From assembly GCF_001194135.2 (NCBI RefSeq), contig NC_068981.1, positions 16,367,206 through 16,400,041 of the forward strand: DNA of 32,836 bases, in the 5' to 3' direction. Both the position numbers and the translations under genes were made by a program. The stretch is from Octopus bimaculoides (lineage: Eukaryota). How positions within the stretch are numbered: position 1 is the stretch's first letter; every line of letters starts with the position of its first letter. This document shows, in pieces, positions 22,368 to 32,836 of the stretch. Under the pieces are notes generated by a model that saw only the letters and a program-made list of their open reading frames with translations, did not search any database and was not told the origin of the DNA.

Positions 22368-22580
22368 GTGACCTAGCAGGATCGTTAATGCAACTTGCAA
22401 AATGTCTAATGGCATTCCAACCGCCTGTACGCTCTGAGTTCAAATTCCGCCGAGTTCGACTTTGCCTGTCATCCCTTTCGGGGTCGATAAAACACACAAC
22501 AGGAAAGTACTGATATCGATGTAATTGACATACACTCTCACCCACAATTTCTGACCTTGTGTTAAAATTATGAACCAACA
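22368..22580 (+). mobile_element. SINE, same family, plus strand
   Basis: tctgagttcaaattccgccgagttcgactttgcctgtcatccctttcggggtcgataa (22433-22490) is the near reverse complement of 22072-22128. Confidence 0.85.
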
Positions 22581-22917
22581 TTATTATTGAACTTTTGCAA
22601 GTCAACTTTTGCAGAAATAAAAATAAACTAGTACGACTTATAAAACATTAGATTCAGGCTTTTCCTTCTCCCAAATTCGGAATAACTATCTATTTGATAT
22701 ACAAAATATTTAATTGGTCACTATCCATCCACGTTTTAGTTGAAAATGTCAACAACTTATCAGTTCACTAATGTCTGTCTAACATAACAAGATAATTTAT
22801 CTTAATTTGATTTAGCGACAGTAATTAAGTGAAACGATGTGATGAATTGTAAAAATAACAACCAAATTTTAGTGTAAACAGTACTGAAAATTTTAAACAT
22901 GTAAACAAACAGACATA

Positions 22918-23076
22918 GGTAAGATTGCGTGGTTGAGAACATCACTTTGCAAATATGCGATTTCGTATTCGGTTCCATTGTCTAGAATCTTGAACAAGCG
23001 TCTTTTTCTATAGCATCGAATCGACCAATGTCTTATAAGTGAAATTTAGTAAATGGGAACTGTACGGAAACCCGTA
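22918..23076 (+). mobile_element. Degenerate SINE head (family of 3035-3454)
   Basis: cgtggttgagaac...ttcggttcca...cttgaacaagcgtcttt..ctatagc...gaccaatgtctt..aagtgaaatttagt..gggaactg parallels 3035-3190. Confidence 0.55.
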
Positions 23077-23310
23077 ATTGAGGTGTGTGTAAGTGTCCAT
23101 ATTCTTATTTGCGATATATTTTTCTTAATGACCAGTAAGGATCGACAAGTAGATTTTGATGGAACATATATGAGATCTACAATTATGTACCTCAATTGAT
23201 ATGATTGATCAAATCTATGAAGCAGATGCTCCTACTATCTCGCAGTTTAACAAGTAAAATTAGTACAAAAACATAGAATTAATTAAAAGATTTTGAAACT
23301 GAAAATTAAG

Positions 23311-23344
<34 letters not shown>

Positions 23345-23559
23345 NNNNNNNNNNNNNNNNNNNNNNNNNNNNNNNNNNNNNNNNNNNNNNNNNNNNNNNN
23401 NNNNNNNNNNNNNNNNNNNNNNNNNNNNNNNNNNNNNNNNNNNNNNNNNNNNNNNNNNNNNNNNNNNNNNNNNNNNNNNNNNNNNNNNNNNNNNNNNNNN
23501 NNNNNNNNNNNNNNNNNNNNNNNNNNNNNNNNNNNNNNNNNNNNNNNNNNNNNNNNNNN

Positions 23560-23925
<366 letters not shown>

Positions 23926-24218
23926 ATCACCGACATACATGCACATACACACACATGAATGCTTGCTCGAAGTGAAGATTCCTTGTGCATATATAAGTAG
24001 GTATTTATCAATTATGATTCATATTTCGATTACTTTCGCTCCCAGTTATAGGGAACTTCAACTCTTCAAGTCAGCCATGTTTCTAATTTTTGGGGGATAG
24101 TTTACGAAGAACTTGCACTAATAGGATTGCCTTGTAGCTTACTCATTTACTAGAAATAGCAGTGAAATATCCTGCAAATCACTGGACAGTAGGTCAGACG
24201 CAATGTCAAGTACAGTAA

Positions 24219-24436
24219 GAGAAGAAGACGAAGAAGAAGAAGAAGAAGAAGAAGAAGAAGAAGAAGAAGAAGAAGAAGAAGAAGAAGAAGAAGAAGAAGA
24301 AGAAGAAGAAGAAGAAGAAGAAGAAGCAGAAGAAGAAGAAGAAGAAGAAGAAGAAGATGAAGAAGAAGAAGAAGAAGAAGAAGAAGAAGAAGAACAACAA
24401 CAACAACAACAACAACAACAATAGCAACAACAACAA
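24219..24436. repeat. (GAA)n(CAA)n microsatellite
   Basis: Directly visible; source of the poly-E/K/S/L/F ORFs. Confidence 0.97.
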
Positions 24437-25345
24437 CTCGGTATTTCACTGGTATAGTTTTTCTTGTCTCCAGCAAAAGTTGAACTCAGATAGCAGGGCA
24501 GATAGAACAATATTAGATGCATATTACATACCGGGTGCTGTTGTGATTTTTACAATCGATTACCTTATGTCGATAGTTTCCTATGCATTCTCTCACATAC
24601 CTTTTCAGAGACTCGCAAGTTGTGTACGCCCTGGGTTTACTTTTACAATGCGTATGTTTTATTGGAAGAATTAACGCTCATGTGTTATCTCGATAGCTCG
24701 AGCTTTCGACTGGAAGTAAATCTATTTTGATCCCATCTGAGAATTTTGATGAGATATTATTTTCCTGTTATTGCTGCTAAATGTTTACTTATGCTTTTGA
24801 TTTCAAATGTTTGCAAGTATTTATGTCTACATCCTGAATCATAAATATACCATAATAATATTTCTATCCATACAAATGACTATATACCCTAGTGGATGAA
24901 AAACACTTTCTATTATTATTCTTCGAAATATAACAAACGAATATTTAACATTCCACTTCAGCGAATTGATTCGGACCATTTACAATGCTATACAAACAAA
25001 ATCCCAAGACACAGCATCAGAGTAAGATCGAACCCTTTTTACACGAAAGTTATCGAATGCAATAGTTTGATGGAAGTGCCACTTGATCAAATGTCTTGCT
25101 TCAAAAATCAATAAGGACTAATGCCCAGGATTTACACGCCACATAGTCTGCTTTGTCTATATTCACGGTTCAAAGATCAAATCTCAATGACATTAATTCA
25201 TGGAATCTAATAATTCATACCTGAACACGTTCGCGATGCATTTATGAGATGCAGCAATATTGTGACATCGTGTTTATCTATCTGGCTGTCAATCTATCTA
25301 TTTATAATATATATGGATGTGTATTTTATATATATATATATAAAA

Positions 25346-25515
25346 TATTATTGAGATTAAAATTAAAAAATCATCTCCTCAAAAAAGGCATCTCTACTCA
25401 GTCGTTCAAATACCTACATACATACATACATACATACATACATAGACACACACACACATATATATATATATATATGTATATAGGCGCAGGAGTGGCTGTG
25501 TGGTAAGTAGCTTGC
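25346..25515 (+). repeat. Inverted duplicate of 26483-26640 (flank, microsatellites and SINE head)
   Basis: Non-microsatellite sequence is an exact reverse complement of 26483-26640; only microsatellite copy numbers differ. Confidence 0.92.
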
Positions 25516-25704
25516 AGGCGGGAGAGATATGTAATAATATACATATGGAAAATACTGGAAGGACTGGTGCCAAACTTTGGTATCAAGTACTACAGGAATG
25601 CCCGCACGGGTCGCCACTGCATGGTGCCAAAGGTACCGTCCACTGCATCTCACATAAGAACGAGATACTGCAGCAGCCTCGGTTTCAGAGGACCTCAGCT
25701 CTTC
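25516..25704 (+). mobile_element. 5'-truncated LINE fragment (post-RT C-terminal region, CR1/L2/Jockey-like group)
   Basis: Uninterrupted 63-codon frame RRERYVIIYIWKILEGLVPNFGIKYYRNARTGRHCMVPKVPSTASHIRTRYCSSLGFRGPQLF. RRERYxIIYxWKILEGLVPN and GPxLF are typical of invertebrate APE-type LINE C-termini. Runs into the gap; clade uncertain. Confidence 0.8.
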
Positions 25705-26358
25705 NNNNNNNNNNNNNNNNNNNNNNNNNNNNNNNNNNNNNNNNNNNNNNNNNNNNNNNNNNNNNNNNNNNNNNNNNNNNNNNNNNNNNNNNNNNNNNNN
25801 NNNNNNNNNNNNNNNNNNNNNNNNNNNNNNNNNNNNNNNNNNNNNNNNNNNNNNNNNNNNNNNNNNNNNNNNNNNNNNNNNNNNNNNNNNNNNNNNNNNN
25901 NNNNNNNNNNNNNNNNNNNNNNNNNNNNNNNNNNNNNNNNNNNNNNNNNNNNNNNNNNNNNNNNNNNNNNNNNNNNNNNNNNNNNNNNNNNNNNNNNNNN
26001 NNNNNNNNNNNNNNNNNNNNNNNNNNNNNNNNNNNNNNNNNNNNNNNNNNNNNNNNNNNNNNNNNNNNNNNNNNNNNNNNNNNNNNNNNNNNNNNNNNNN
26101 NNNNNNNNNNNNNNNNNNNNNNNNNNNNNNNNNNNNNNNNNNNNNNNNNNNNNNNNNNNNNNNNNNNNNNNNNNNNNNNNNNNNNNNNNNNNNNNNNNNN
26201 NNNNNNNNNNNNNNNNNNNNNNNNNNNNNNNNNNNNNNNNNNNNNNNNNNNNNNNNNNNNNNNNNNNNNNNNNNNNNNNNNNNNNNNNNNNNNNNNNNNN
26301 NNNNNNNNNNNNNNNNNNNNNNNNNNNNNNNNNNNNNNNNNNNNNNNNNNNNNNNNNN

Positions 26359-26517
26359 TATATATACATATATACGACGGTCTTCTTTCAGTTTCCGTCT
26401 GCCAAATCCACTCACAAGTCTTTCGTCGGCCCGAGGCTATAGCAGGAGACACTCGCCGAACACGGAACCATGTGGTTGGTAAGCAAGCTACTTACCACAC
26501 AGCCACTCCTGCGCCTA
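26359..26517 (-). mobile_element. SINE 5' half (family of 2298/3035) with small internal deletion
   Basis: Minus strand: ggcgcaggagtggctgtgtggtaagtagcttgcttaccaaccacatggttccgtgttc...ctatagcctcgggccgac...gtggatttggcagacggaaactgaaagaagaccgtcgtatatatg. Confidence 0.9.
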
Positions 26518-26573
26518 TATACATATATATATATGTGTGTGTGTGTGTGTGTCTATGTATGTATGTATGTAGG

Positions 26574-26753
26574 TATTTGAACGACTGAGTAGAGATGCCT
26601 TTTTTGAGGAGATGATTTTTTAATTTTAATCTCAATAATAATGTTTACAATAAGTTACTCTGATATGAGTTTCAAGCTTCAACTCATTGTAAACATTATT
26701 ACAAAAAATATATCCCTTCAAAAAAAAGCCATCTCTACTCATTCTTTCAAATA
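26574..26753. mobile_element. Old ~180-bp palindromic MITE-like element
   Basis: Ends TATTTGAACGACTGAGTAGAGATGCCTTTTT vs reverse-complement TATTTGAAAGAATGAGTAGAGATGGCTTTTT. Inner perfect 15-bp inverted repeat at 26637-26651 / 26686-26700. TA at both termini. Confidence 0.6.
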
Positions 26754-26798
26754 TTTATAATACTACACCAAGAACCTTCTCTTTACTATTCGACAATC

Positions 26799-26836
<38 letters not shown>

Positions 26837-27510
26837 ATGTATACATGCATGTATATATATGCACGCACGCATTTATGTATGTATATGCATATGTGCATGT
26901 ATATATATATATTTGTATTTCACCACTGTTAAGAATATCTCGTAAGAGGCATGGTTTTTCGTTTCTCTTATCTGTTTTTGTAAGTAAGATGTCCCTGTTA
27001 GATTGAATAAGAATCCAGCTTCCTTTAGAAAAACGTACTTTATAACTTGTCATCGACAGAGCAGGTCCACTACTGCGCTGATGACGCCCAGAGTCATAGA
27101 GATTTGCGTTCATAAGCTGCATTTGATCTCCAGTTAATAAGAATGCCTTTTCCGTAGAGGCTAGTATTTTTTAAATTCTTGATATTATCTCCCTTTATCA
27201 TTTAACCTTTGGAAAGGAAGATGATATCAATAAATCAAAACTATCTTATATAGTATTCGATATATCTTTTTGTGTATGTATGTAATGCGTGTGTCCATAT
27301 ATAATAATACACATACAAATATATTGATATAAATATTTGCTTTTATGTGAAAAAGTAGTTTAAAACGATTTGAGATAAGAATGACAGTGACTTCAAAGTG
27401 TTGTCTTACCTATTTATTTTGCAATACTGATAAACATATTAAAACGAACAAAAGAGGAAGAACAAAATTTGACAAAATTCTATGTAAAAATATCATTATG
27501 TATATATAAA

Positions 27511-27700
27511 TAGGGTCGCCCAAAAGTAGGTTTACAGTCATTCAACTATCTCTTTCGTATTCATATATTAACCGTTTAAATCTTAATTATAAGAAAATGA
27601 AACTATTATTCATTGCTAATTTAGTTACTTGTAAGATAGAAATTTAAATATAATAAAATGTTTTAAAAGAAATTTAAAGTGCCTACGTGATAACTGTATA
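27511..27700. mobile_element. Possible Tc1/mariner-type MITE remnant
   Basis: Left end (ta)gggtcgcccaaaagtaggtttacagt resembles Tc1/mariner cagggtg..ccaaaagt termini. The right side has only a partial inverted match (taactgtatac) before a (TACA)n tract. Confidence 0.3.
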
Positions 27701-28216
27701 CATACATACATACATACATACATACATGCATACATACATACACATACATTGCCTAAATACCAATCTTAAGAAATTAGGCTTCTCAAAACCAGAAAGGAGA
27801 AAGCTAATTCGAAGACTACAGATCCAATCCATTACTGGAACTGTAAAAATCTGTAAAACTTTCCAGAAGTTTAGCATTTAAATATATATATATTAGCATG
27901 TCTAGCTTTGCAACTATATGCATGAGAATACATACATAAAGCAAAACATACAAATCTGCACATGTACATACACACAAACATAAAATACCCTGTTGTTGAT
28001 GTTAAAATTCCAATGAAGGAGACTTGAATCTAAGTTAGAAACCGGCTCTTTCTCTACTGACAAGAAATCTTGAAATAAAAGTGAACAATGACATGCATAT
28101 ATACAAACACTCGCATATACACACGTAAGCACATACAAACACACACATGCACACACACATATATATAAATATATATATATACATATATAATCGAGCATAT
28201 ACAAACAGACACACTC

Positions 28217-28253
<37 letters not shown>

Positions 28254-29106
28254 CACGTGTGTGTGGGAGATAGAGAGAGTATTTATGTGTTCGAGACACC
28301 TGAACTGGCTAGTGAAAACCGAAATCATTGTAGCTTTGTCATGCACTTTCATAAAACTGTGACTACAGTAGCACTTTATTCCTGTATTCATATATGTCAG
28401 CATTACAGATCTTCCTAATATACTTCACGTACCAATTGACTAACGTTATGGAAGATAATCTCAGAGAGAAACTGCTTATGTTCTTAAAGGAAATTGATTT
28501 GCTAAGTAATAAGTATCACTCACGTTTTCTATTTAGTTAGAAGCTACCTCACACATATACAGCGGAAATCGACAACAAAGTAAGTATATAGATCACAAAT
28601 TTCAACGTAGCTGTGTTACATCTTGCTTTGCCGTGTGCTTATAAAAAGTGGATCATATTGATCATGTCACAAGCTGTACGAACTCACCTTACGAGCAAAA
28701 CTAAGACAGGTCTACGACCTCATAAAGAACATTTTGTTGTCTAGTCATTGCAAATCTAGTATACTCTTTCAGACAAGTCAATACGTTATTGTAAAGCACC
28801 TCAATGTTCTCTCTCATAAGAGAAACTTCGGTGTGTGGGAGCTGTCTCGGATTTATCATCAGGAATTACATCAGCCACTCGAGTTTCTTTTTATTTTATT
28901 TATGTATTTATTTATTCTATTTTAGGGCATCAGTCATTGCAGTACGACCTTTCTGGGGCAAAATCTTCAAATGCTTAGTTGATCGATCGTATCTACAGTA
29001 AAACCTATTTTCAGTTCAGTTTGAATTTTATTGTAATCTGTTTATAAAGCCGCTTAATTAGTTTTAGACACAGCAGTTACAAAGGTACATAAACATCATC
29101 ATCATC

Positions 29107-29140
<34 letters not shown>

Positions 29141-30544
29141 TCGTCATCATCATCATTGGTAAAGCACACTCCCGCTCTAATAGAATAGCACATCAATCAG
29201 ATTCTTGGCACAAACGGGAATCGATATACATATTCGTTCATATCTAAACGCATGCACAAATACATGGATATACGTATGAATGAGTGTATGTTTGTATTTA
29301 TGCGTGCGTGTTTGTGAATATATATATATATATATATATGTATATGTATGACTGCGCACACACAATAACACACACGCATATATATGTGTGCATATATATA
29401 TATATANNNNNNNNNNNNNNNNNNNNNNNNNNNNNNNNNNNNNNNNNNNNNNNNNNNNNNNNNNNNNNNNNNNNNNNNNNNNNNNNNNNNNNNNNNNNNN
29501 NNNNNNNNNNNNNNNNNNNNNNNNNNNNNNNNNNNNNNNNNNNNNNNNNNNNNNNNNNNNNNNNNNNNNNNNNNNNNNNNNNNNNNNNNNNNNNNNNNNN
29601 NNNNNNNNNNNNTATATACACACACACATATGCTATTGGACGATTCTGAAGGCTTACCCATTAATCCAATTTATTTCTGCTGACTAAAAGTTCCACAAAT
29701 TACAATATAATGATTTAAAAGGTATTCAACAAATCAAGAATATTGTTTTGTTTATATTTCATTTCTTTATTTAATTTTCCCGCGTAAATTACGCTCGGCA
29801 TGTTTAATCTCATATAACCAACTTTCATACCAATTCGGAACATTCAGATACTCCGACTACGAATCTGTTCTGTTTTATTTGTTGGAGTAATCAAATAAGT
29901 GCGCTGTCAAATATTCGATACAACAACAAATTATTGTCATGAAATTATATTAACGATATATTTGCCTATTGTTTACATTGTACAGAGTTGATTTAGCTAA
30001 AAATAAAAGACCAACCTATCACTCATACGAAATTAAGATCTGCGTTAAAAAATTGAAGCAAAACAATAGTATAGATGTATTTAGGTCAAATCTAGTTAGA
30101 GGAAGTTAAATCTTTTTATCAAATGATTATATGTAGATACTGGCACAAGTCTTAAACTAATTTTTGTGGTTCCTAAATTGACAATAGCCAGTCCCAAACC
30201 AAAAATAGTCGTTTGTGTTTTTATTTGCTTTGATTCTTTTTTTTTTTTTGTATTATTTTCTTTCTGGTGGAGAAGGTTTCTGTGGTTTTTATTTATGAGG
30301 AAACAGAAAAGAATACTCATTGATATAATTATATTTTCTGCACCATAGCTTTTGATCCCTTAAAAAATTTTAAAGCATTTTGTATATATTAAATATGGCC
30401 CTTTGCAATCATCAAACCTTCCCCTACCTCATTACAAGAAACACTGGACTAATTCGCTTCGGGTTTCACATTTCACTAAGCCTATCCACTACAAACTATA
30501 CAGATGAATGAAATTGCATGAGGTCGAAGTGAACTGTCTTGGGC

Positions 30545-30632
30545 TATAGTAGACAATATCTGCTCCTGGCGTCGCGCAGTGTCACTAAACTCGAAACCAC
30601 GTGATTGCAAAACAAGCCTCTAAAACATACAG
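30545..30632 (-). mobile_element. Degenerate SINE head fragment
   Basis: gggctatagtagacaatatctgc...gcgcagtgtcactaaactcgaaaccacgtgattgcaaaacaagcctctaaaacatacagc parallels the reverse complement of 3040-3140. Confidence 0.55.
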
Positions 30633-30859
30633 CAATGATTAAAACTGAAGAACAGAATTGTTTATGTTTTTAAATGCAAAGGGGGCTGGTCGAATGTCCA
30701 CCATGTCACATTTGGTAGGAAAGTAGTATATATATATATATATATACATATATATTAATTAGAAGGGAAGGCAGCGAGCGATTAAGGCTCTCTGCTAAAG
30801 ACGACCGAGGTGTATCAGGTTGTCGTGTTAAACTTAATCTAGGTCTCCCACTTTAGTGG

Positions 30860-31030
30860 GCCATGGCGGGATCCGAAATCAGAACGCAAAGAGTCGCAAC
30901 AAATACCAGAAAGCATCTGGTCTAACGGTATTAAAGTGCCGCCAATCCACCGCCTTAGATTAGTTCTATTTTATCGATATCGGAAAGACGAAAGACAAAG
31001 TTCAGCTCAGCGGGACTCGAACTCAGCGCT
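30860..31030 (-). mobile_element. Two adjacent degenerate SINE fragments
   Basis: gatccgaaatcagaacgcaaagag...caaatacc...gccaatccaccgcctt, then ttttatcgatatcggaaagacgaaagacaaagttcagctcagcgggactcgaactcag. Confidence 0.55.
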
Positions 31031-31989
31031 CATATATATATATATAGTCGGAATAAATTCGATGATCAAAGGATTCTGCCAGTAAGCTGCTTAAATGTTC
31101 TGATATATCTATGCCAAGGTATATTTGCCAGCAGACGAGTTATATCGACCTCACTGAGAAGTTAAAAATTCTCAGAAGTTAACAAAAGAAGCGTTTAGTA
31201 AGTTAAGACATGATAAAATCAGTACAATAAGCCACAATTCTCATTTATCTAAAATATACATCTTACGTGGTGAGAGAAAACGCAGACTTAGGCGTAGAGT
31301 TTAATGGCTTTATTAGTAACAATAAAATTGTTTTAAGAAACTATAACTTAATAGCGTGTGGCTAATTTCTCTACCTGCAAGAAAATCTTACTGTTTGTTT
31401 GCAATCAATGGATTACATTGGACATGTAACAACCTATCGGAAAAGTCAGTAGAGTATAGTTTACAGCTTGTTTGATCATTGACAGGCAATTTAGTTGCCT
31501 ATAATTTTTCGTAAATATGATTTACATAATTAATAGATGAAATATGCTAAGGGAAATTAAACGACTAAGGCAATGGTATAAATTTACACTTAAAGACTAA
31601 ATGGTTATGTACAGAATGGAGTACACAAAAACATTCTAAATCAATTGAAAATTAGTTTATGTAAAGAAACAAAGCAAACGAAAAAAAGAAGACGTAATTG
31701 TAATTATTATTGACTTTCAAAGAAAAAGTAAACATATTTTCCAGAAGTTAAGAAACAAATTTTAAAGTTAATCAAAGTTAATTTGCATCATTGTATGAAA
31801 AACCTGGTCTTTGGTTCTAGAGAAAAGAAGAGAAAGGAAGAAAGTACCCTGGCTTGAGTGGATAATATTTTGTTGATGAGGAATACTACACATAAATATG
31901 TCACATATGTCTCTTCATTGCAATAAAAAGGTAAGACATAACTTCCACTAAACATGTAAATTAAGTTTAGGTGATTAATCTTTAATTAA

Positions 31990-32228
31990 ATCACTTGATT
32001 TGCAAGAACGTGTATGTATGTATACAGACACACAGACACACATACACACATATTTATATATGTATGTATGTATTTATGTATGCATGTATGTACGTATGTA
32101 TGTACACAGACACAGAGACATATACACACACACACACGCACACATACACACATATTTATGTATGTATGTATGTATGTATGTATGTACACAGACACATAAA
32201 CATACACACGCACACATACACACATATT

Positions 32229-32262
<34 letters not shown>

Positions 32263-32270
32263 TGCATGAT
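31990..32270. repeat. Higher-order compound microsatellite, about three copies of a (TATG)n-cacagacaca-(CA)n-catattta unit
   Basis: Anchors tacacagacaca and gcacacatacacacatatttat recur between (TATG)n runs. Confidence 0.8.
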
Positions 32271-32576
32271 GTCACGAACTATAACCACTTATTTTGAAAT
32301 TGCTCCTCAGAGATATCGAAAATCTAATTCGTAATTCTTTATCGTAGACACGGCTTTTCTATTTTGTTTGTGAAGTATAAAGCAACGAATATTTTATCTT
32401 AAGCGCCATCTTTAAAACCTATAAAATCTGGTAATCGCTATCACACACATACACAATGCATATTAGTATACGCTTATATATTTATATATACACATATGTA
32501 CATACAATAATATATATAAATGAATATATATATATATGTATATATATGTATGTATACACATGCATATATATATATA

Positions 32577-32787
32577 GAAAAAAAATTAAGGTACCCAGAA
32601 ACCTGGATGTTTGTACATTTACAGATTTTTATTAATGTCACATATTAAATGAAGCGCTTTTCACCTAGTCGTGTAGGTTTTTCAAATTACACGACTAGGT
32701 GAAAAGCGCTTCATTTAATATGTGACATTAATAAAAATCTGTAAATATACAAACACCCAGGTTTCTGAGTTCCTTAAAAATTTTTTC
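32577..32787. mobile_element. Near-perfect 211-bp palindrome (hairpin MITE-like), TA-flanked
   Basis: Arms 32577-32675 and 32688-32787 around the 12-nt spacer GGTTTTTCAAAT. The inner 59 bp (32617-32675) are perfectly complementary, with a few mismatches further out. TA on both sides (32575-32576, 32788-32789). Confidence 0.8.
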
Positions 32788-32836
32788 TATATTATTTCTG
32801 TACATCACCTCCAAACCTTCAAATATATATATATAT

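Noticed and set aside
24139-24674. Poly-E/Q, poly-S, poly-K and poly-L/F ORFs
   Set aside because: Translations of (GAA)n(CAA)n, with no flanking coding signal.
25414-26588. Long 224-362 aa ORFs
   Set aside because: They are open only because they cross a 654-nt N gap. The only real coding signal is the 63-codon LINE fragment. The same applies to ORFs spanning the gaps at 7764, 9864, 13661, 23345 and 29407.

Overview
Eukaryotic, AT-rich, repeat-dense non-coding DNA (intergenic or inside a large intron). The SINE families, microsatellite load and N-gaps at (TA)n/(TG)n tracts suggest an octopus (coleoid cephalopod) short-read assembly; this is my recognition, not a database result. No host protein-coding gene, rRNA, intact tRNA or CRISPR array is supported. 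Nearly all listed ORFs come from microsatellites, N-gaps or antisense reading of transposon relics. Supported content: (i) over a dozen tRNA-derived SINE copies or fragments from at least 3-4 families, including a tandem dimer and a nested insertion with a 10-bp TSD; (ii) an 876-bp fold-back DNA element (5947-6822) with GG..CC ends, an exact 8-bp TSD and mirrored head-to-head (TTAGGG)n/(CCCTAA)n arrays, the most striking object here; (iii) a decayed Penelope-like element with RT C-terminal motifs but no GIY-YIG domain (~7976-9290, minus); (iv) an R4/Dong-like non-LTR relic lacking its RT (~18099-19435, minus); (v) a 63-codon LINE 3' fragment (25516-25704) inside an inverted duplication around a gap; (vi) two more palindromic MITE-like elements (26574-26753, 32577-32787); (vii) many microsatellites. 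Assembly gaps: 2346-2355, 7764-7948, 9864-9999, 13661-13771, 23345-23559, 25705-26358, 29407-29612. All alignments were done by eye, so boundaries of degenerate elements are approximate.
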